Assembly: GCA_000092065.1 (NCBI GenBank)
Contig: CP000593.1
Source of the DNA: Ostreococcus lucimarinus
Taxonomy: Eukaryota
DNA: 64,000 nucleotides
Reading direction: 5' to 3' (one strand)
This document shows positions 40,032-50,007 of the stretch, one piece after another. The notes beneath the pieces were generated by a model. That model was not told the DNA's origin, made no database searches, and saw nothing but the letters and a program-made list of their open reading frames with translations. The translations under genes and the position numbers were made by a program. How positions within the stretch are numbered: the first letter of the stretch is position 1; the number at the start of each line of letters is the position of its first letter.

Positions 40032-40422
40032 TCCGCGTCGGTTTTGCACCGAATTTCGCGAATTTGCGGAATGCCGCGGGGTCGTTACGTCGACGAGCGT
40101 CGCGCACCGACGCGCGCCACGCGCGCGCGCGCGGTTGAGCTTTCAACACGACGCGTACTATCGCCCGACGCGCGCGTGGCGCGTTTACGGTGCGTTCGCG
40201 GCGATGCGAGGCGGCGGTGTTTGACGCGCGGGACCCCGTCCTCGCGGTTCCTTCCCCCTCTGGCTCGCGAGAACCACATTCGACGGATTCGGTGCGGAAG
40301 CGCGCGGTTGCGTTCGCGAGGGTGCTTGAGTAACGTGATATTACAACTTTTGGCGCGGGCGCCGCGCGCGCGGCGCGCGCCGACGGGTTTCGCCGTCGAT
40401 CGACGGGGCGTCGGATTCGCAG

Positions 40423-42033
40423 TCACGCCGAGTCGGAGCCCGAACCGTCGTCGGAATCGGAATCGGATTCCGCGCCGCCGCCGGCGAGTTGTGCGGACAC
40501 TTCGTCGCTGAGTGGTGTGATGCACGTCCATTTCGGACGATTACCGAGATCGAGTTTCCACACGTCGTCGAGGGAAACTTCTACGTCGCCGAGCTCGACG
40601 ACGCCGCCGAACAAGTACATGCTATTCGCCTTGATCGCTATGGCGGCGTTGATTCGTCCGCGAGGTTTCGGGAGGGATTTCGGCGGCGCCTCTCCACTTC
40701 CGGGTGAGTACAGCAACTCGCTCACGACGCCACCGACCTTGTATAGCTTGTACGCCTTGCGAACTTGATAACCGCGAAAGTGAGCTTGAATCTTAATCGC
40801 CGCCCGGTGCGCCTCGCTGCGAATATTAAAGTTTTCGTTCACCACGTCCCCGGCGGCGACGCGCTCGGCCTCTTCCAAGCTCCCCGCTTTGTGTGTTTTC
40901 GTCTTATCTTCGCCGTACAAGGTGACAGGGAACCATTTCTTGGCCTCCATGTTCAAGTTGTACGCGTCGGTGAAGAACTCAGAGACGATGACGTCGCCGC
41001 GCTTGACCTCGTGATCCACGACGCCGCCGAACAACACTAAACGCTTCTTCAACGCGTGCATCGCACTCGACGCCCCTGCGCGCGCGCTCGGCGCTAATCC
41101 TTGTCGCTTCAGCTTTTCCCATCGCCACGTCTTTAAATCTAACTTCCAAGCGTCTGAAAACGTCGTCCCGCGTTCGCTACGATCCTCGTCGGCGTCGCCG
41201 TCGTTGTCAACGTTTTTACAATACCCTCCGTACACGATGAACGCGTCATCGTGCACGCCCACGTGACACGCGCTGCGCGGACTCGGTCCGAGCGCTCCCT
41301 CGCCCCCCGCGCACCGACACTTCCACTCGCTCTTCTCGAAATCGTACTCCCACGCGTCGTTGTAATACCGAACCTCGCGTCCAGTGTCGTAAAACCCGCC
41401 GAATAAGATCGCCTTCTTCCCCCAAATCGCCATCCTATGCCCCGACCGCGCGCTTGGCCCTCCCTTCGCCGGCATTGCCTCCCAAATGTTACTCTCCAAA
41501 TCAAATCTCCAGCAGTCGCGATGGTGTAAAAACCGCTCTTGATTCGGCGACGTAAACTCTCCCCCGAACACGTACACGTACCCCCCGTACGCCAACGCCT
41601 GATGTCCCGACCTCGGATGCGGTCCTTTCGCGTTCGATACCTTCGTCCATCGATCGCGGTCGACGTCGTATCGATACAAATCACCGTACACGACGCATTT
41701 TTCATCCCCCGGCGTCACGCGTTCGCCGCCGTACAAAATCAACTCATTCCCTCTCCCAACCACAGTCGCCGTCAGCGACGCGTGTCCTCGCGCCTGCGGT
41801 CGCGGGCAATCCTTCTCCACCTCCACCTCCGCGCGCCGCGCGTCCTCTATCGCCATCGCGGCTAAAATAGCGTCGATGTCATCCTCCACCAGTCCTCTCT
41901 CCAGCCGTCTGTGATTTTTTTCCGCATTCTTCTCTCGTTTCAGCGCCGTCTTCGTCGCCCCCGTACGCTTATCCGCGCTCACCTTGCCGAGCTTCTTCGC
42001 CACTTTCTTCCGCTTGTCGCGTCCGCCGCCCAT
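40423..42033 (-). CDS. Kelch-repeat protein with an IQ motif (KLHDC4-like)
   Basis: Start MGGGRDKRKKVAKKLGK... at 42031-42033. Kelch blades (LILYGGERV, YVYVFGGEF, AILFGGFYD, FIVYGGYC, LVLFGGVVD, MYLFGGVVE) and an IQ motif, AAIKIQAHFRGYQVRKAY. The upstream part of the track ORF is arginine-rich read-through. Confidence 0.75.
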   Translation of the reverse strand: MGGGRDKRKKVAKKLGKVSADKRTGATKTALKREKNAEKNHRRLERGLVEDDIDAILAAMAIEDARRAEVEVEKDCPRPQARGHASLTATVVGRGNELILYGGERVTPGDEKCVVYGDLYRYDVDRDRWTKVSNAKGPHPRSGHQALAYGGYVYVFGGEFTSPNQERFLHHRDCWRFDLESNIWEAMPAKGGPSARSGHRMAIWGKKAILFGGFYDTGREVRYYNDAWEYDFEKSEWKCRCAGGEGALGPSPRSACHVGVHDDAFIVYGGYCKNVDNDGDADEDRSERGTTFSDAWKLDLKTWRWEKLKRQGLAPSARAGASSAMHALKKRLVLFGGVVDHEVKRGDVIVSEFFTDAYNLNMEAKKWFPVTLYGEDKTKTHKAGSLEEAERVAAGDVVNENFNIRSEAHRAAIKIQAHFRGYQVRKAYKLYKVGGVVSELLYSPGSGEAPPKSLPKPRGRINAAIAIKANSMYLFGGVVELGDVEVSLDDVWKLDLGNRPKWTCITPLSDEVSAQLAGGGAESDSDSDDGSGSDSA

Positions 42034-42132
42034 GGCGCGTCGCGCCGCGCGCGTCGTCGTAAAGTGTCGTCGTCGTCGTCCCGCTCGTCTCGTCCCGACG
42101 GCGACGGTTCGCGACAGTGCGCGACGCGCGCG

Positions 42133-43000
42133 ATGGCGAACACGCTCGAGGAGTGGTACGCGAGCGTGCCGACGGTGACGCGCATGTACCTCACGCTGAC
42201 GTTCGCCGTCACCGTGGGCTGCGCGCTCGAGGTGCGTCGACGGAAGCGCTCGATTGGATTCGACGCCGAGCGACGAAGATTCGATTCGCGCGGCGAAGGG
42301 GGCGACGCGCGCGAACGGCGGGAGACTGACGACGCGCGCGCGCGACTCGACGCAGTTGATCTCGCCGCTGAACGTGTACTTCAACAGTAAGCTGATATTT
42401 CAAGAGTACGAGCTGTGGCGGTTGGTGACGAATTTCTTCTTCTTCGGCTCGCTCGGCGTCGACTTCGTGTTTCACATGTTCTTCCTGAGCCGGTACTGTC
42501 GAATGCTCGAGGAAGGGTCGTTTCAGGGACGGTCGTGCGATTTCTTTTACATGCTGCTGTTCGGGGGGACGCTGTTGACGGCGTTCGCGCCGTTCGTCAA
42601 CGTGCAATTTTTGGGGACGAGCCTGACGTTTATGATGGTGTACGTGTGGGGACGGAGAAACGCGGCGACGCAGATGTCGTTTTTGGGGTTGTTCAACTTC
42701 ACGGCGCCGTATTTACCGTGGGTGTTGCTGATTTTTTCCACCTTGATCGGATCGCAGCCGATCACGGATGCGCTAGGAATGATCGCCGGACACGCGTATT
42801 ACTTTTTGAAGGACGTGTATCCGGAGATGACGGGGAGGGAGCCGTTGAAAACGCCCGCAATCGTGTGCGCTTTGTTCGGTACGCGGCAGAGATTAGTCGA
42901 CACGGATGGGGTGCAAACGCGTGCGGCGCGACGCGCGCGGCGCGACGCGGGGGCGGCTGTCGAGGGAGCCGCTGGGGCGCCGCGAGACTTGAACGAGTAA
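42133..43000 (+). CDS. Derlin (Der1-like ERAD protein); two exons: join(42133..42231, 42356..43000)
   Basis: Exon 1 reads MANTLEEWYASVPTVTRMYLTLTFAVTVGCALE, followed by GTGCGTCGAC. The intron has ACTGAC and a CGCAG acceptor at 42353-42355. Exon 2 reads LISPLNVYFNSKLIFQEYELWRLVTNFFFFG...LSRYCRMLEE, aligning with Derlin (GCSLEIISPYNLYLN...QFWRLITNF). Confidence 0.85.
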
Positions 43001-43086
43001 AGCGACGATATAGAAAGCGACGATATAGAAATGTTGTGAACGAGACGACTTAGAATTGACAAGAAAAGAAAGCCTTTCGCGCTATT

Positions 43087-46000
43087 CTATTGGAGTGCGG
43101 TAACGATCGTATCCATGACCGCAGCCGCCGCGACGGCGTCCATCGAAGCGACGGTGAATCTATATCGTCCGCGCACGTTCGCGTCGCTCTCCACGCGAAC
43201 GCCCACAAAGACTTCACCGCATCGTTCGCCGACGAACCGGCTTCCCGCGATTAAGTTTGCGGGGTTTGGATCTAAGCCTTTATGTACGACGAGCCGCATG
43301 CCCGAGAAGGCGTTTGACACGCTTTCGATGCTCGTCGCGTACTGCTGCGACACGTCCATAATTTTCTGTTGCTGCCCGGCGGACGCCATCTGGTGCCACT
43401 TGGCGATGAACTCTTGCGGCGAAGCGATGGTCATCGGGCTCAAAAACTTGGTCACACGTACGGGCAACTCCAGAGACCTGGCACACGCCGCCGCGACGGC
43501 GGTGGACGTGTACGAAAACTCGAGTTTTGGCGCCGAGGCAAACGCCGACGTAATCGCTACTTGCAACATCAACTGCACCTGGCGCTTCGGTCCGATGGAC
43601 GCGGGGAAGGGTTGAAGACTGTGACGCAAGCCTTCGATCGACGGTATGACCATTCTGAAGTTTTGCAGATCCGCGCTCGCGGACTTGTTCCCAACGTAGA
43701 ACATCACGCGACCTTGAGACCCTTGCCACTGCGATTTCACGCCAATCTGTACGTTCGCGTCTTCATACAGCAAGCCGTTGTCGGCGATGAGGAACCGTTT
43801 CGCGCAGTCTTGAACGTTCACCGTGGGTTGAATACCGTCGCTCGACGTCAATGATTGTACCGGTGCCACGGGTTGCGTCGGTGCCGGCGCCGCGGGCGCC
43901 GGCGCACCCAGAGCTCCAAAGGCGTCTAAGGCGTCGCCGTGCGTCGCCGGCGGCGGTTGCGTCGCCGCGAGCGCGCCTAAGCCTAGTAAATCGTCTAAAG
44001 CGTCTGCGGACGATGTGGTCGTCACCGGCCCCGCGGGAGGTGACGTGGAACTCGGAAGTGCGAGACGCTCTTCTACCGCTGGAAGTGCGGGAGGGGCGTT
44101 TCCGAGAAGCTCGTCGAGATTCATCCCAGTCGACGACGGCGGAAGCGCCGCCGGCGCCGAAGATCCGTCGCCCATCAAGTTGCCGAGCAAATCTGTGACG
44201 GCATCGACCGGCGGTGCTGCGGCTGCAGGAAGCGCCGGCGCCGACCGCGCCTGAGCGCGGGGTTGCTCTCTCGCCGTCACGACACCACTCATGGCAAGTT
44301 TACGAACTCCCGCGGCGACGTCCGAGGCGACGTTTTCTACTTGTATGTGCTTCTCCAACACGCTCGAACGTTCAGGGTACTCGGGCATGGGCTCGAGAAT
44401 CGGTCGCATGTTCGGTCCGAGACGCAAGAGCTTCAGATATTCGTTTGCACGTTGCTGCAACTCGACGTCAAACGATGAGCTCATGTCGGTGAACACCTTC
44501 ACGATCTTACCCATCGACGCCTGATCGCAATTCTTGTGCATCGCAACCTTGACGAAGGCTGTGAGCATGATGCCCTGCGTGACCTCATCCGTATCCTGGA
44601 ACAGTGGCACTAAGAGATCGACGTACTGCGACGCGGGAATGGGAAGCAAATACCCAAACTCTCCGATGCAGTACGACATCGCGCGAAGCATGAGTTCGTT
44701 CGACGCGCCCTCGTCGCGCAACTTGACGAACATCAATTGCGCCGTGCGACCGTGAAGCGACGCGTCGTTGGTTGCGATTTGCACCATGCGATGCCACAAG
44801 TCGTCGTTGATGAAATCGCCCGCCTTGTCTATCATTTGCATCGCGATCTCAATGAACCACATGCGATCGTTCACGCTGTAGCGCTCGGCCAAGATGGCCG
44901 TTTTGAGCGCCAGTTCCTCGCGAATGTCAAAATCAGCGGTGACGAAGTACTTGATGAGCTCCTCGATGACAGAGTGCACGTTGGAAGCATCGCACATAGA
45001 AAACAATAAAGTCAACGCGCGGCGACGAATGGAAATGTCCGCGTCGTGCAACGCAGCCACGACTTGCTCTTGGTACACCTTTATGGCTTCTCGCAAATCC
45101 GCCATCGCCGCGAGGGCGTTGAGCGTGTTGAGAGCCAAGTAGCGAATATTCGGTTCCTTCATGTCGAGAAAATTCCCGAGAATCTCCACGCACGGGTCCA
45201 ACAGTTCGTGCGCGTAGTCCATGCTAGTAACTAAATTGATCGCCTCGAACAAGATGGCGTGCAGCGCATTGTTCTTATTGAAGTTTTTCACCGTGTCCGT
45301 CTTGGTGAGGATGTTTCGCATGGCGATGAGCTGCGAATCGAGCAGCGCCTGATCGTCTGGTGTGGGAAAGTACTGCAAAATCTTCATGCACTTCACCTGT
45401 AACCATGGAGAGGGAATACCGTAGTACAAATACTCGGGCGGAATGTCCTTATTCCTCGTCAATCGTTCCAACAACGCGATGACCTTGGGCACGCACGCCT
45501 CGTACCCTCGGTAATCGTGCTGCACGAGACCCAGCAACAAACCCAAGACGCCCATGAGCACCCCCAAATCGCGCTCGGCGTCGAGTAAGTCGGTCATTTT
45601 TGACGCGAACGTTTCCGCGAGTAAAATTTCAGGATTCTTACGAAACAACCTCAACAGACACAGCGCCGCCTTTTTCCGAACCACCGGCCGAATCGTCGGC
45701 GTCATCACAATCGTCTCCACGTCCCCAGCTAACGAATCCGCGAACTCCCGCCCCCCGACGTTCGCGATGCACGACAACCCCAAGCACTGATTCGTCTCAT
45801 TGCTCGAGATCACATCCGTGCGTATGCTATTGATGGCCATTCTCAAAAACTCGTTTCTCTCGTTCAATATCACCGACGTCGTCATGTACCCAACCTGTTT
45901 CTCCGCGTACGACGACGCCGATATCAACTTCAGCGCCTCGGTGTGTCCAAAGTCCACGTTATACCCGAGCATGTATATGTACAGCAGCTTCAGCACGTAC

Positions 46001-46322
46001 TTTTTCCGTTCGTACGCCGTGAGCGCGCGGTGGGTCTTATTGAATTTCCGTCGAATATTCGCCAGTTCCTTCTCCACGCGCGCGCGCTCTTGCTCCTGCG
46101 TTCGCGTTCGCGACGCGCGCGACCCTCGTCGTCAGTCCGCGCGCCTCTCTCTCGCGCTCTCGCCGCTCAACGCGTCACCGCGCGTCGTTTCGTTCGATCG
46201 AATGCCCTCGCCCGTCGTCGTCATCCCTCGCGCGCGCGCGCTCGCCGCACCTTATTACTGCAGTTCCGCACGTCTTGCACGAACACCGTCAGGCCGCGCA
46301 TACCACCGAGAAACGGCGCCAT
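43087..46322 (-). CDS. AP-2 complex subunit alpha (alpha-adaptin); two exons: complement(join(43087..46095, 46251..46322))
   Basis: Exon 1 reads MAPFLGGMRGLTVFVQDVRNCSNK (alpha-adaptin GMRGLAVFISDIRNC), followed by the donor GTGCGG. The intron spans 46096-46250, with GACTGAC and a CGCAG acceptor. Exon 2 reads EQERARVEKELANIRRKF...KKYVLKLLYIYMLGYNVDFGH..., continuing to the appendage domain. The track start at 46077 is an internal GTG. Confidence 0.85.
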
Positions 46323-46542
46323 GTCGCCGCGCGCGCGCGTCGCGTCGCGTCGTCGAGTGCAGATCGTCCCGATGAGTCAACGGAAATTCGTCACAAATTC
46401 GCGACTCCGCGACGCGCGCGCCCTCGCGCGCGCTCGAACGCGCGATGCGAACGCGCACACGTATCTTTGTGCGCGTCTGATGGCGTCCGAGTCGCGCGCG
46501 CGAGCGCCGATCGCGCGCGCGAGGCGCGAAACGTTGAAGAAG

Positions 46543-49110
46543 ATGCCGCGGTCGAGTCGAGCGAAGCGGCGTCGCGGCGTCGCGGCGACGGCGCTCGCGC
46601 GCGCGCTGATCGCGGCGTCGTGGTCGTGCGTCGTCGCGCTGCGCCCGGGGGCGTCGATGTCGATCGACTGCGTGACGCCCGAGGTCGGGCCGGCGGTGGG
46701 CGGGACGCTGGTGACGCTCGCGGGCGAGGGGTACGGCGGGAGCGCGGACGCGGCGTGCGCGTTCGACGACGCCGTCGTCGCGCCGACGTCGAAGGGGACG
46801 CAGAGCGGGCACGCGACGATGGTGTGCCTGAGCCCGAGGCACGCGGACGATCGAGGAGGGTTCGTGAGCGTGGGGCTGACGCTGCGAAGGGCGAACCGAG
46901 CGGCGACGACGGCGCCGATGAATGAAAACGGCGAGACGTTTAATTTCGCGAAACAGATGTCGGTGACGAACGCGTACCCGACGGACGCGCCGGAGATCGG
47001 GGGAGAGGTGTTTTATTTGCAAGGGAAGCACTTGCACGAGGCGGTGAGCGTGCGATGGACGAAGCCGGTGACGCACGTGGGGGTGGACGTGGTGTCGAGC
47101 GCGTTGATTCGATGCGAGACGCCGCCGCTGACGAGCGGGGAGATTTCGTCCATGGTGATCGCGACGTTCACGGCGTCGCAGAGCGAGTACGACGCGAATG
47201 CGCTCGCGGCGACGACGGCGAATCAGACGGTTTCCATACCTCCGCGATCGCGCGGAGTGTTGGGATTTGTGTTGGAGACGAATGACTTTTCGCTCACGAG
47301 CGCCACGTCGAGCGTCAACGTCACGGGCGGCACGCCCGTGTTGGTCACGGGGAACGGTTTTAGCACCGTCGGCGGGGAGGACGACGGAGACTTTTTGAGT
47401 TGCTTCTTTGGCACGATAGGCCCCATCGACGCGCGCGTGACGGCGTCGAAGACGGCGACGTGCTACTCGCCCGCGCGCGCGGCGGCGGCGAGCGTGCCGT
47501 TGCGCTTGGGCATCGGCAACGGTCGCTTCGTACTCACGACGACCGTGAACGTGGCGTTTACCGAAACAACGCGACAGACAACCGACCCACTTGAGCCCGC
47601 GGAAGAGGCACAGAGCTTGGTGGTGATGAATCCGACGCTAGACGTCGCGAGCGGCGCGACGCCGTTTGACGTCGTCCTCGGCGGCAATTTCTTCGTTAGA
47701 GGTTCAGGTTTTTCTTTCGATTATGATGACGGTTGCGTGTGCACCTATCCCGATGCCTCGACTTCACGATTGGTGTACGTATCTAGCGCTATCGCGCGGT
47801 GTTTGGACACCCCGACTTGGACATCGGGAGAGGTGAAAATTAGCTGTAGCGCCGACGCGAACGCGGTGGTTCGCTCCGTGTACGTCGCCCCCGTGGCGGT
47901 GCCAACGATCACGAGCGTGGACGTGCTGACGATCACGCATCAGGGTGGCGTGGCGTTACAAGTCACTGGGACGTCGTATCCCGACGAAGGCGAGAGTCGA
48001 GCGTATTCGGGATGTCATTTCGGTGCCGTCGGTCCCGTGCACGCGCGATATATGAGCGGGACAGTTGCCGAATGTGTGACACCGGCGTTGAAGCCGTCGC
48101 AGAGCGCGCTCATGCTCGGGTTCGGGGCGACGGAGTCGGTAGATTTAGTACAGTACGGGTTGACTATTCCAGTCACCGCGGAGACGACGTCGGCGTACGT
48201 CGCGCCGCCGTTGTGGTTGACGCCGGCGACGACATACCTCGCTGCGGCGACGGCGAAAATAATCGTCGGGGATCATCAACAGCTCGGGACGTTGTCCGTG
48301 GGAACTTTGAAGTGCGTGTTCGGTTCAGGAAATTTAAATGCCACTGTCGGTACGTACGTCGCACCCTCAGTGCACTGTCCGACGCCCGCACTCCTGTCCC
48401 CAGGCTTCGTCGTCGTGCGATTGGCGCGCGACGCCGCCGCGGCGTCGCTCGATCCGCCGGCGATTTTGTTAGTCAAGGAAGACCACGCGGTTACTGGCGC
48501 GCATCCGCGCCAGACCTGGGGACCGGTAGACGTGATATCAATCACGGGATCGAATCTCATATCCACGCACGTCGAGGGAACGATAGATTCCGCGAAATCG
48601 CTGTGCGTGTTCGGCGGCGGCGCCGGCGTCTCTGGTGGCGTCGTTGTTTCGAGCGCGTTGATCATGTGCGAGTCTCCGCTCGCAGAGTCCACGGGTGTGG
48701 TCGAGCGTTGGGTGACGCCGTGTTTCGAAGAGTGCGATTCCACCAAAGCATTACCCACCGGATCGACCGCCTCCGCCTCGCACACGCGCGTGGCGTTGAC
48801 GTCCATGGCGCAATCGTACATGTCCGCCGTCGACGCGGCGAGCGGTTGGACATTCGGCGGCACGCCAGTTCGCGCCACGCTCTCCATCGCCGTCGCGAGT
48901 GAGATGCTTACGTGCCACTTTGGTTCCACGCGCGTCCAAGCCCGCCCCGCGGGAGTCGCCGTCGTCGAAACCGTCGCTTCGGCGCAGGGCGAAAACATTG
49001 AAATCGACTGCGTGTCCCCCGCGCGCGAGCGCGGATCCGTCACCGTGTACGCCACCCTGGCGCAATCCCGCGCCCCACTCTTGAGCGGTGTGGCGTTTCT
49101 GTACAAGTAG
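46543..49110 (+). CDS. Secreted protein with about eight IPT/TIG-like (Ig-fold) repeats
   Basis: Signal peptide MPRSSRAKRRRGVAATALARALIAASWSCVVALRPGASMS. The repeats share a pattern of a conserved Cys, P...G..V.V.G.GF, then a second Cys (C-x-F). No C-terminal TM segment. The track ORF start at 45943 overlaps the adaptin promoter. Confidence 0.55.
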   Translation: MPRSSRAKRRRGVAATALARALIAASWSCVVALRPGASMSIDCVTPEVGPAVGGTLVTLAGEGYGGSADAACAFDDAVVAPTSKGTQSGHATMVCLSPRHADDRGGFVSVGLTLRRANRAATTAPMNENGETFNFAKQMSVTNAYPTDAPEIGGEVFYLQGKHLHEAVSVRWTKPVTHVGVDVVSSALIRCETPPLTSGEISSMVIATFTASQSEYDANALAATTANQTVSIPPRSRGVLGFVLETNDFSLTSATSSVNVTGGTPVLVTGNGFSTVGGEDDGDFLSCFFGTIGPIDARVTASKTATCYSPARAAAASVPLRLGIGNGRFVLTTTVNVAFTETTRQTTDPLEPAEEAQSLVVMNPTLDVASGATPFDVVLGGNFFVRGSGFSFDYDDGCVCTYPDASTSRLVYVSSAIARCLDTPTWTSGEVKISCSADANAVVRSVYVAPVAVPTITSVDVLTITHQGGVALQVTGTSYPDEGESRAYSGCHFGAVGPVHARYMSGTVAECVTPALKPSQSALMLGFGATESVDLVQYGLTIPVTAETTSAYVAPPLWLTPATTYLAAATAKIIVGDHQQLGTLSVGTLKCVFGSGNLNATVGTYVAPSVHCPTPALLSPGFVVVRLARDAAAASLDPPAILLVKEDHAVTGAHPRQTWGPVDVISITGSNLISTHVEGTIDSAKSLCVFGGGAGVSGGVVVSSALIMCESPLAESTGVVERWVTPCFEECDSTKALPTGSTASASHTRVALTSMAQSYMSAVDAASGWTFGGTPVRATLSIAVASEMLTCHFGSTRVQARPAGVAVVETVASAQGENIEIDCVSPARERGSVTVYATLAQSRAPLLSGVAFLYK

Positions 49111-49206
49111 TTTTAGCTCGTAGCGTCGCGTCGCGGCGACTTCTGTAGCGAGTCCGGTCGAACGAATTCGCGTCTCGCCGCGCGCCGCCCGCCGTCCCGG
49201 CACATC

Positions 49207-49955
49207 ATGGCGTCCCTCGCGCGACCGGGCGTCGCCTACACCCTTCGCGGCGCGTTGTATCTCGCGTTGACCAACCAAACGAATGCGACGCCGCTGACGC
49301 GACTCCGCGGACCCGCGTTCTCGATGCCGGCGTCGTCAAAGTTTCAGTTACTGACCGAGCCCGAGCCGACGGCTGCTGAACTCGTCGACGTCATCGACGC
49401 CTTCTACGACGCGCTGCCGCCCATCGCGAGCAGGTGCGTCGACGCGACCGCGCGCGCGGCTCGATTCCACCCGCGAGCGTCTCTCGCGCTCGATCGGACC
49501 CCGCGCTGACGAAAGAAGTGACTCTGGACGACGCGCGCAGCGGCGAGAGCGACCCGGGCGTCGTCTTCGCGGGATACGGCGAACCGTTGCTGCGCCACGA
49601 CGTGCTGTGCGACGCGCTGCGAGAGATACGAGCGCGAAGACACGGAATCGCGACGCGCGTCGCGACGAATGGACTGGTGGATGTGGCGGTGTGCGACGCG
49701 TTGCGGGACGCCGGATTGCGAAGCGTGACGGTTAACTTTGCGAGCGCGGATCCGGATGAGTACGCGCGAATCATGGCGCCGAGGGACGGAAGGACGCAAG
49801 GAGACGCGTTGGCGTTCATTGAACGATGTAGTGAACTCGGGATGGAGGTAGAGGCGACGACGACGCGAACGCCCGGCGTGGATATCGCTCGCGCCAGAGA
49901 GCTCACGATGGCGCTCGGCGCCAGCGCGTTTCGAGAACGCGAATATTTCCCTTAG
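49207..49955 (+). CDS. Hypothetical protein; tentative two-exon model join(49207..49433, 49478..49955) with a 44-nt intron
   Basis: ATG at 49207. Exon A ends ...DALPPIAS at GTGCGTCGAC (49434). An AG at 49476-49477 then puts the downstream ORF in frame (SVSRARSDPALTKEVTLDDARSGESDPGVVFAGYGEPLL...TNGL...). Function unknown: GEPLL and TNG motifs are present but there is no CxxxCxxC. Confidence 0.3.
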
Positions 49956-50007
49956 AGCATTTTCCCTTAGTTTATTGTGAATACGTGTTGTACAACGATG
50001 ATCGAAG

